DNA from: Squalus acanthias
Taxonomy: Eukaryota
Direction: 5' to 3'
Assembly: GCA_030390025.1 (NCBI GenBank)
Contig: CM059431.1
Span: 96,536,001 to 96,600,000, forward strand
Length of the DNA: 64,000 nucleotides
Shown: one piece after another, positions 1 to 10,500 of the stretch
How positions within the stretch are numbered: the first letter of the stretch is position 1
Layout: each line of letters starts with the position of its first letter
Program-made: the position numbers and the translations under genes
Notes under the pieces: model-generated
Told to the model about the DNA's origin: nothing
Seen by the model: the letters and a program-made list of their open reading frames with translations, nothing else
Databases searched by the model: none

Positions 1-209
1 AGCTGCGAGGGTCAGAGTGGGAGAGCTGCGAGGGTCAGAGTGGGAGAGCTGCGAGGGTCAGAGTGGGAGAGCTGCGAGGGTCAGAGTGGGAGAGCTGCGA
101 GGGTCAGAGTGGGAGAGCTGCGAGGGTCAGAGTGGGAGAGCTGCGAGGGTCAGAGTGGGAGAGGTGCGAGGGTCAGAGTGGGAGAGGTGCGAGGGTCAGA
201 GTGGGAGAG
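1..209. repeat. 23-bp minisatellite (GGGTCAGAGTGGGAGAGCTGCGA)n, running off the left edge
   Basis: About 9 near-perfect tandem copies are visible. Confidence 0.95.
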
Positions 210-1449
210 ATTTAAAAACTAAGGAGATGTGTGAAAATCTGGAGTGGAAGTGGTGCAAAAATGGAGAGAGGGAGAGAATCAGAAGTATGAAAATCAGAAG
301 CAGAATAGGTATGAAAATTCCATGAGTTGGGAAATCAGAATTGGTAGGGTATGAAAATCTGGGACCGGAAAGGCAGGAGCCTACAAGTATTAACAACCCC
401 GCCCTCCCAATTGTGCCCAAATTCTCTGGGAAAAGCAAAAGTTTAGGAAAAAACTCTGGGAAGTGATGAAGCTCCAGAAACCTGCAATAACTATAAGACC
501 AGTCACTGCTGATCTACAAACTCACGCTCAGAAACCTCTTCAGCTCCCTTTTGTGGGACTGATTTATGTACAATCTACAGGATGGACCAAGCTTACTTCA
601 ACAGCATTTCCTTTATCTTCATCCTCTACCACTGAGAAAGATGAGCAACAAAGTCATTACCTCCAAGTCACAGAACATCCTGACTTCAATATATAGCACT
701 GTTCCATCACTAGTTCAGTCAATATCCTGGAATGCTCCACCTAATTCCATTGTGGGAGCACCATCACCACAAAGGTTCAAGGAGAAGGCCTGCCATCACC
801 TTAGGGCACGAGGAATGAGCAACATGTCGCCAACATCCCACAAACAAATCGTTTCAGATATTAGTCAACCATCAAGGATTCCAGGGGAAGTACATTAGTC
901 ACTGACCCCACCACTGAATTCACGTTGTTTTCATGAGTGTACAACTATTTTCGAAATGCTTTCTCTAACTGGGAATCCGAGCTTACGCCCGACTCCCAGT
1001 GCACCATTTATTGTCATAGAATCATAGAAATTTACAGCACAGAAGGAGGCCCTTCGGCCCATCTTGTCCGCACCGGCCGACAAAGATCAGCACCACGATT
1101 CACTTCCCAGAAACTTTCCTTCCCTCGGATGAGAATTTCTCACATTGCAAAGGCTCAGTGGCTTCTGCCACTATTCTAGAAACGCCCAAACTCCACATCA
1201 CACAAAAATCCCAAAATAATCACTTCCCATTCACACAGCTCAAAAGGTCAAAGATTACTAATTTGGTTTCACTGTGGACATCAGTACACAGTTTAAAGCC
1301 TTGGTTCTACCTGATTTATTTTAAGGAGAGTCTCCTTTGAAGAGATAGTTTGTTATTCTTTTAAATATGAACTGACAGTAGTTACCATGGTTACACTGAA
1401 AAGCCGTCTCTCACGCACCTTGAAGATAAAAAGAGTCACCTTTTTTCCT

Positions 1450-1527
1450 TTAGAAACTGAGACTACTGGAAGTCTGGGAAAGCATAAAGATGGTAGACTG
1501 TTCAGCAGAAAGGTACTTTCGCTTTGC
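1450..1527 (-). CDS. ATP11A: ATP11A stop-containing exon ([25 protein letters not shown])
   Basis: Acceptor aatcacag|GCA; TAA at 1452-1450; a probable donor AAG|gtgact lies 10 nt after the stop (exon end at 1440). The peptide matches the short ATP11A C-terminus as I recall it. Confidence 0.92.
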   Translation of the reverse strand, partial: AKRKYLSAEQSTIFMLSQTSSSLSF

Positions 1528-4500
1528 CTGTGATTTTCCAGGTGAAAGTAGGACATGGAAGCCCAATATTCATTTACAAACAACGGAGGATGAGTAGCCA
1601 GGAGCAGAGGAAAGAAGGGCAGAAGGAGAGAGAAACACAAGGGATAAATCTGGTTAAAGGCAACATATAAAGAAAGCTGTGTACAACATATACAGACACT
1701 TGTGCACATCTACAGAAACTTGTGCACATCTACAGAAACTTGTGCACAACACGTGCAGAAACTTGTTCACATCTACAGAAACTTGTGCACAACACATGCA
1801 GAAACTTGTGCACATCTACAGAAACTTGTGCACAACACGTGCAGAAACTTGTTCACATCTACAGAAACTTGTTCACATCTACAGAAACTTGTGCACAACA
1901 CGTGCAGAAACTTGTGCACAACACATGCAGAAACTTGTGCACAACACATGCAGAAACTTGTGCACAACACATGCAGAAACTTGTGCACAACACATGCAGA
2001 AACTTGTTCACATCTACAGAAACTTGTGCACAACACATGCAGAAACTTGTGCACAACACATGCAGAAACTTGTTCACATCTACAGAAACTTGTGCACAAC
2101 ACGTGCAGAAACTTGTTCACATCTACAGAAACTTGCGCACAACACATGCAGAAACTTGTGCACATCTACAGAAACTTGTGCACAACACGTGCAGAAACTT
2201 GTGCTCAACACATGCAGAAACTTGTGCACATCTACAGAAACTTGTGCACATCTACAGAAACTTGTGCACAACACGTGCAGAAACTTGTGCACAACACGTG
2301 CAGAAACTTGTGCACAACACATGCAGAAACTTGTGCTCGACACATGCAGAAACTTGTGCTCAACACCTGCAGAAACTTGTGCACATCCACAGAAACTTGT
2401 GCACATCTACAGAAACTTGTGCACAACACATGCTGAAAGCTATGTACAACATACACAGAAAGTGGTGAGCAACATATATAGAAATCTTGAACAACATATA
2501 CAGAAACCAGTGTAGGACATATGCAGAAATCTGAGTACAAAAGTTTGTCAAATTGCTAACAATTCCCAGGATGAAAGTTGTGTAATTTTTATTTATTCTT
2601 TTTAAAAATAAATTCAGGTCGAATGAATGTTCAAAGAAACATTATTTCAGAACACAACACATCACTGCTCTTGAGAAGAACGACCCATGACCAAACGTGC
2701 ATCAGTCTATTTCTGGTAAGCAGTGTGCAGACAAATACATATTCAAAGGTTTGTCTGCATATAACTGCAGTCTCTAGGATCAGAAGGAAAAGATGTGCTT
2801 GTGCACGGTGAGGTGAAACATGCCTGTAGCTGGCTCGAAACGTGCCTGTTACACAGCTGAAATGTGCCTGCACAGGGCCGAAACGTGGATGGTAAAACAT
2901 GCCTGTGCAAGGTGAAAGGCCAAGACGTGACTGTGCATGGCAGAGACGTGCATATTGCACGACTGAAACGGGTCTGTACATGGTGAAACATACCTGTACA
3001 TGGCTGAAATTGGTCTGTACATGGCTGAAACATGCACAGGAAGATGTGCCTGTGCACAATGAAACGTGCGTGACAACAACAAAGCAACTTGTATTTATAT
3101 GGCGCCTTTAACGTAGTAAAACGTCCCACGGTGTTCACAGGAGTGTTATCAAGAAAAATTTGACACCAAGCAATAAGAAGGTATTAGAGGAGATGACCAA
3201 AAGACACAGCGCGGACCTGAGTGAGAGCGGGAGCAGCGGCTTAAACAAAAAGGAGTGACGTTACAGGACAGCAGGTAGGTGATTGGTTGGTGAGTATTAC
3301 AGCTCTTTTGCTCTCTAGGTTAGGTAAGTGGATTAAATTCAGAACTGGGAGAGTATTAACTACTGTAACTTCATTTAGTTTAAGTTATTAATTCAATAAA
3401 CAAATTAAAACTAAAAATTAACAGTAAAAATAATTTGAATAAATACTGTAACTAATTATATAAATAAAATAAGGTTAGATAGAGATGGCAGTGCAGGTGG
3501 CGTGTCGTAACTGCAGCATGTGGGAGTTGGTGGAGACCAATGAGATCCCGAGCAACTACATCTGCGGTAAGTGTCTGCAGCTCATGGAACTTCGGCTCAG
3601 AGTTGATGAGCTGGAGTCCAAGCTGCAGACATTGCGATGCATCAGGGAAGGGGAGAGTTACCTGGACATTTTGTTTCAGGAGGCAGTCAGACCCCTTAGG
3701 TTAAGCAGTACGTTTGAAATAGTCAATGGTCAGGGACAGGAGGGTGTGACTGCGAGTTAGGAAGGTATGGGGACCCAGGATGTAGTGATGGAGGAGCCTC
3801 AGCCCTTGACCTTGTCCAACAGGTATGAGGTACTTGCGGCGTGTATGAATGAGAACAAGGACTGCAGGGAGGATGGGCAAACTGACCATGGCACCGTGGT
3901 ACAGGAGGCCATCAAGTGGGGGGAGTAAAAAGGAATGTGGTAGTGGTAGGCGACAGTATAGTCAGGGGGATAGATACTGTTCTCTGCAGCCACGACCGAG
4001 AGTTCTGAAGGTTGTGTTGCCTGCCCGGTACCAGGATTAAGGATATCTCCTCGCGGCTGGAGAAGGACTTGGAGTGGGAGGGGGAGGATCCAGTTGTCGT
4101 GGTCCACGTAGGAACCAACGACATATATAGAATGAGGAATGAGGTTCCGCTGAGGGAGTTTGAGGAGCTCGGATCCAAATTAAAAAGCAGAACCTCAAAG
4201 GTAATAATCTCTGGATTGTTACCTGAGCCACGCACAAATTGGCATAGGGACAAACAGATTAGAGGTTTAAATGCGTGGCTCAAAGAGTGGTGTGGGAGGA
4301 ATGGGTTTCAGTTCATGGGGCACTGGCACCAGTACAGGGGAAAAGAGGGAGCTGTTCCGTTGGGACGGGCTCCACTTAAACTGGGCTGGGACCAGTGTCC
4401 TGGCAAACTGAATACCTAGGGCAATAGACAGGGCTTTAAACTAATGAAGGGGAGTGGGTGGGAGGATTCAGGAAAGAGTAAATTTAAAAGCAGCAAGAGA

Positions 4501-7500
4501 AATGTCAAGGCTCTAGAGCAGAGTAGAGTTTTGGGTAAAAATAAGCAGAGTGGGTCAGGAAGGGACAGAGAGAGTAACAAAGGTAATAAGGCATCAGTGA
4601 CTAAGGTGACATCAGGGAAAAATAGAAATAAGTCAAAACTAAAGGCACTATATCTGAATGCGCGAAGCATTCGCAACAAAATAAATGAATTAGTAGCGCC
4701 GATAGAAATTAATAGGTGTGATCTAATAGCCATTACAGAGATGTGGTTGCAAAGTGGCCAAGGTTGCAAACTAAATATTCCAGGATACTTAACTTTTATA
4801 AGAGATAGGCAAAATGGAAAAGGAGGAGTAGCCCTGATAATAAAAGATGGGATAAAGACAGTAGAGAGAAAGGATCTTAGCTCTGAAATTCAAGAAGTAG
4901 AATCAGTTTGGGTGGAGCTAAGAAACAGCAAGGGGCAGAAAACATTGCTGGGAATTGTTTATAGGCCTCCAAACTGTAGTTGTAATGTAGGGCAGAGTAT
5001 AAATCAGGAAATTAGAGACGCATGTAACAAGGGTAATACAGTAATCATAAGGGACTTTAAGCTACATATAGACTGGGCAAACCAAATTTGCAGTAATAGT
5101 GTGGAGGACGAATTCATGGAATGTATACAAGATAATTTTCTAGATCAGTATGTTGAGGAACCAACAAGGGAACAGGCTATTTTAGATCTAGTATTGTGAA
5201 ACGAGAAAGGGTTAATTAATAACCTTGTAGTAATGGGGCCTTTAGGGAAGAGTGACCAGAATATGATAGAATTTTATATTGAGTTTGAAAGTGATTTCGT
5301 TAAATCTGAAACTAGGGTCTTAAATCTAAACAAAGCAAACTACGTAGGCATGAGGGGCGAGTTGACTAAGGTAGATTAGGAAACTACATTAAAAGGTATG
5401 ACAGTAGACAAGCAATGGCTAGCATTTAAAGAATTAATACATAATTTACAACAAATATACATTCCTTTAAGCCACAAAAACCCCACAGAAAAAGAGGCTC
5501 CAACTGTGGCTAACAAGAGAAGTTAAAGATCGTATTAGATCAAAGGAAGAGACTTATAATGTTGCCAAAAAGAGTAGTAAGCCTGAGGATTGGGAGGATT
5601 TTAGAATTCAGCAAAAGAGGACCAAGAAATTGATAAACAAAGGGAAAATAGAATGAGAGAGTAAACTAGTGAAGACTGCAAAAGCTTCTATAGGTATGTA
5701 AAAAGGAAAAGATTAGCAAAAGTAAATGTGGATCCCTTACAGGCTGAGACAGGAGTAATTATAATGGTCAATAAGGAAATGGCAGAGAAATTAAACAAAT
5801 ACTTTGCGTCTGTCTTCACGGAGGAAGACACAAAAAACCTCCCGGAAATAGTGGAGAACCAAGGGTCCAGCAAGAAGGAGGAACTGAAAGAAATTATTAG
5901 TAAAAAAATAGTACTGGAGAAATTAATGGGTCTGAAAGCTGATAAATCCCCTGGACCTGATGGCCGACATCCTAGGGTTTTGAAAGAGGTGGAAATAGAG
6001 ATAGTGGCTGCATTGATTGTCATTTTCCCAAATTCCATAGATTCCAGAATGGTTCCGACGGATTGGAAGGTGGCAAATGTAACCCCACTATTTAAGAAAG
6101 GAGGGAGAAAGAAAATGGGTAACTACAGACCAGTTAGCCTGACATCAGTAGTAGGGAAAATGCTAGAATCTATTATTAAGGATGTGGCAACAGGGCACTT
6201 AGAAAATAATAATAGGATTGAGCAGCGTCAACACGGATTTATGAAAGGGAAATCATGTTTGACAAATCTGTTACAGTTTATTGAGGTTATAACTAGCAGA
6301 ATAGATAAGGGGGAACCAGTGGATGTGGTGCATTTGGATTTTCAGAGGGCATTCGATAAGGTGCCACACAAGAGGTTATTAAACAAAATTAGGGCTCATG
6401 GGATTGGGGGTAATATACCAGCATGGATTGAGGATTGGTTAACGGACAGAAAACAGAGAGTAGGAATAAACGGGTCATTTTCGTGTTGGCAGGCTGTAAC
6501 TAGTGGGGTACCGCAAGGATCAGTGCTTCGGCCTCAGCTATTCACAATCTACATCAATGATTTGGATGAGGGGACCAAATGTAATTTATCCAAGTTTGCT
6601 GATGATACAAAGCTGGGTGGGAATGTAAGTTGTGAGGAGAATGCAAGGAGGCTTCAAGGGGATAGAGACAGGCTAAGTGAGTGGGCAAGAACATAGCAAA
6701 TGGAATATAATGTGGAGAAATGTGAAGTTATCCACTTTGGTAGGAAAAATAGAAAAGCAGAATATATTTTAAATGGTGAGAGATTGGGAAATGTTGGTAT
6801 TCAGAGGGACCTGAGTGTCCTTGTACACAAATCACTGAAAGTTAACATGCAGGTACAGCAAGCAATTAGGAAAGCAAATGGTATGATAGCCTTTATTACA
6901 AAAGGATTTGGGTATAAGAGTAAAGATGTCTTACTGCAATTATATAGGGCGCTGGTGAGACCACACCTGGAGTATTGTGTACAGTTTTGGGGGGAGGGTC
7001 CTGGAAGAGAGAAATCTAGAATGCTAAAGAGAAAAGACAAGGAAGCAGTGCAGGAAAGTGATTGGGGTAAGCATAACCAGATTGTGTCAGGAAGGGACAG
7101 AGAATACAAACAAAGGAGTGCACTAACAAATAGGGTCCGGGTAAGAAAAAATGGTAATAAGACAAATAGGGCCATAGTACAAAAAAATGTTAAGATGTCT
7201 AAAAATGTTAAAAAGACAAATCTAAAGGCACAGTATCTGAATGCACGAAGCATTCGTAATAAGGTAGACGAATTAACAGCACAAATAGATGTTAATGGAT
7301 ACGATTTAATTGCGATTACGGAGACATGGCTGCAGGGTGACCAAGGCTGGGAGCTGAATATCCAAGGATATTCGATATTTAGGAAGGACAGGCGAAAAGG
7401 AAAAGGAGGTGGGGTGGGCTTGTTAGTAAAGGATGAAATCAGAGCAATAGTGAGAAAGGATATTGGCTCAGAAAATCAAGGTGTCGAATCAGTCTGGGTG

Positions 7501-10500
7501 GAGTGAAGAAGCACCAAGGGGCAGAAAACATTGGTGGGAGTTGTCTATAGGCCTCCAAACAGTAGTGGTAATGTAGGGGATAGCATCAAACAGGAAATTA
7601 GAGATGCATGTAACAAGGGTACTACAGTAATCATAAGAACATAAGAAATAGGAGCAGGAGTAGGCCAATCGGCCCCTCGAGCCTGCTCCGCCATTCAATA
7701 ACATCATGGCTGATCTGATCCTAACCTCATGGCTGATCTGATCCTAACCTCAAATCTAAAGAACACAAGAAGTAGGAGCAGGACCCGGCCACTCAGCCCC
7801 TGGGCCCACTCCGCCACCCACAGGGCCCTGACCGATCCGAACTCAGCCTCATGTCCAATTTCCTGCCCGCTCACCATAACCCCTAATTCCCTTTACCTCT
7901 AGGAAACTATCTATTTCTGTTTTAAATTTATTTATTTAATGATGTAGCTAATCATGGGTGACTTTAATCTACATATAGACTGGCCAAACCAAATTAGCAA
8001 TAATACTGTGGAGGATGAATTCTGGGAGTGTGTACGAGATGTTTTTTTAGAGCAGTACGTTGAGGAGCCAACTAGGGAACAGGCTATCCTAGATTGGGTA
8101 TTGTGCAATGAGAAGGGGTTAATTAATAATCTTGTTGTGCGGGATCCTTTAGGGAAGAGTGATCATAACATGTAGAATTCTTCATTAAAATGGAAAGTGA
8201 AGAAGTCCAATCCGAAACTAGGGTCCTAAATCTAAACAAAGGAAACTACGATGGTATGAGGAGTGAGTCTCAGGATACGGGGTAGGACATTTAAGACTGA
8301 GATGAGGAGAAATTTCTTCACTCAGAGGCTAGATAGATTTCTAGACACAAAATGCATCAAGGGGTATGGGGAGAGAGCAGGAATATGGTATTGAGATAGA
8401 TGATCAACCATGATCATATTGAATGGCGGAGCAGGCTCAAAGGGCCGAATGGCCTACTCCTGCTCCTATTTTTCTATGTTTCTATGTCTCCTTACCGAAG
8501 GAAGGATATACTTGCCATAGAGGGAGTGCAGCGAAGGTTCACCAGACTGGTTCCTGGGATGGGGGGATTGTCCTATGAGGACAGATTGAGTACACTAGGC
8601 CTATATTCTCTAGAGTTTAGAAGAATGAGAGGTGATCTCATTGAAACATACAAAATTCTTACAGGGCTTGACAGGGTAGATGCAGGGAGGATGTTTCCCG
8701 TGGCTGGGGAGTCTAGAACCAGGGGTCACAGTCTCAGAATAAAGGGTTGGCCATTTAGGACTGAGATGAGGAGAAATGTTTTCACTCAGACGGTGGTGAA
8801 TCTTTGGAATTCTCTACCCCAGAGGGCTTTGGAGGCTCAGTCATTGAGTATATTCACGACAGAGATCAATAGATTTTTGGATATTAAGGGACTCAAGGGA
8901 TATGGGGATAGTGCAGGAAAGTGGAGTTGAGGTAGAAGATCAGCCATGATCTTACTGAATGGTAGAGCAGGCTCGATGGGCCGAATGGCCTACTCCTGCT
9001 CCTATTTCTTGTGTTCTTTTTTACGCAGAGAGTGGTAATGATCTGAAACTCGTTGCCGACAAGGGTGGTGGCAGCGGAGACGATCAATAATTTCAAAAGG
9101 AAATTGGATAGGCATTTGAGGGAAATAAACTTGCAGGGCTATGGGGATAGACCAGGGGAATGGGACTGACTGCATTGCTCTACAGAGAGCCAGCATGGAC
9201 TCGATGGGCCAAATGGCCTCCTTCTATGCTGTAATGACTCTATGATTCTATGTAGGCTTCAAGGAGCGCCTTAAAAGGAGGAGAGAGGTAGAGAGGCGGA
9301 GAGGTTTAGGGAAGGAATTCCAGAGCTTAGAGCCTTGGCAGCTGAAGGCATGGCCGTCAATGGTGGAGCAATTAAAATCGGGGATGTGCAAAAGGCCAGA
9401 ATTGGAGGAGCGCAGATATCTCAGAGGGTTTTGAGACTGGAGGAAGTCACAGAGATAGGGAGTGCCAAGGCCATGGAGGGATTTGAAAACAAGGATGCGA
9501 ATTTAAAAATTGAGGCATTGCTTAATCAGGAGATAATGTAGGTCAGCGAGCACAGGGGTGATGGGTGAACGGGACTTGGTGCGAGTTAGGACATGGGCAG
9601 CCGAGTTTTAGATGACCTCAAGTTTACAGAGGGTAGAACGTGGGAGGCCAGCCAGGAGAACATTGGAATAGTGAAGTCTAGGGGTAATAAAGACATGAAA
9701 TGAGGGTTTCAGCAGCAGATGAGCTGAGGCAGGGGTGGAGTTGGGCAATGTTCTGGAGGTGGAAGTAGGGGGTCTTAGTGATGCCGTGGATGTGTGGTCG
9801 GAAGCTCATCTCGGGGTCAAATACAACACCAAGGTTGCGAAAAGTCTGGTTCAGCCTCAGACAGTTGCTAGGTTGACAATGGCTAGGGAACAGAGTTTGT
9901 GGCGGGGACTGAAAACAATGGCTTTGGTCTTCACAATGCAAATAGAGCTCTGCTGCTGAGAACCCCAAGCTCCAGGCAGTGCGTCTATTGCTTTACATAT
10001 CATTGGCGTACATATGGAGGCTGACTCCTCACCTGCATCCAGGAGAACTTTTTTAGCCAGTATGTAGCAAGCCCAACAAGGGAGGCGGCGTTCTGGACTT
10101 AGTTTTAAGGAATGAAGCTGGGCAGGTAGAAGGCGTATCAGTGGGGGAGCATTTTGGTGCTAGTGACCATAATTCTGTTAGATTTAAGGTAGTTATGGAA
10201 AAGGACAAGGATAGACCAGAAATAAAAATTCTAAACTGGGGAAAAGCAAATTTTGCTAAGCTCAGAGGGGATTTAGCCATAGTGGACTGGAAACAGCTAC
10301 TTGAAGGTAAATCAGTGTCAGAGCAGTGGGGGGCATTCAAGGAGGAGGTCCGGAGAGTTCTGACCAAATATGTGCCCTTAAAGAAAAAAGGTGGGACTAA
10401 CAAATCTAGAACCCCCTATATGTCTAGGGATATGCAGGGTAGGATAAAGAAAAAAAGGGAGGCTTATGACCGATACCGAGGGCTAAATACTCCAGAATCT

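Larger units (their letters stand above)
3204..9018 (+). mobile_element. Near full-length decayed CR1 LINE (5'UTR, ORF1 zinc finger and SGNH esterase, ORF2 APE and RT, 3' hairpin tail), interrupted at 6991-8486
   Basis: ORF1 CxxC..CxxC at 3485-3760, then GDSIVRG and HVGTND motifs. ORF2 YLNARS, YRPP, GVPQG and FADDTK motifs. The frame rejoins as ...VQFW(6990)|(8487)SPY. Multiple stops and frameshifts. Confidence 0.92.

Noticed and set aside
17..325. Repetitive ORFs at the window start
   Set aside because: Translation of the 23-bp minisatellite.
210..1439. Alternative last coding exon (long C-terminal isoform) of ATP11A
   Set aside because: No convincing acceptor plus homologous peptide found; it probably lies beyond the left edge of the window.
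1690..2435. CRISPR-like repeat/spacer appearance
   Set aside because: The inter-repeat segments are a few recurring 6-13 nt variants, not unique spacers; eukaryotic intron with no cas genes.
1679..2551. Long Cys/His/Thr-rich ORFs (244-278 aa) in several frames
   Set aside because: Artefact of a stop-poor 20/23-bp minisatellite; the same peptide rotates through all frames.
6700..7506. ORF with RT C-terminus fused to an endonuclease (reversed domain order)
   Set aside because: Junction of a nested CR1 insertion at 6990/6991, not a new domain architecture.
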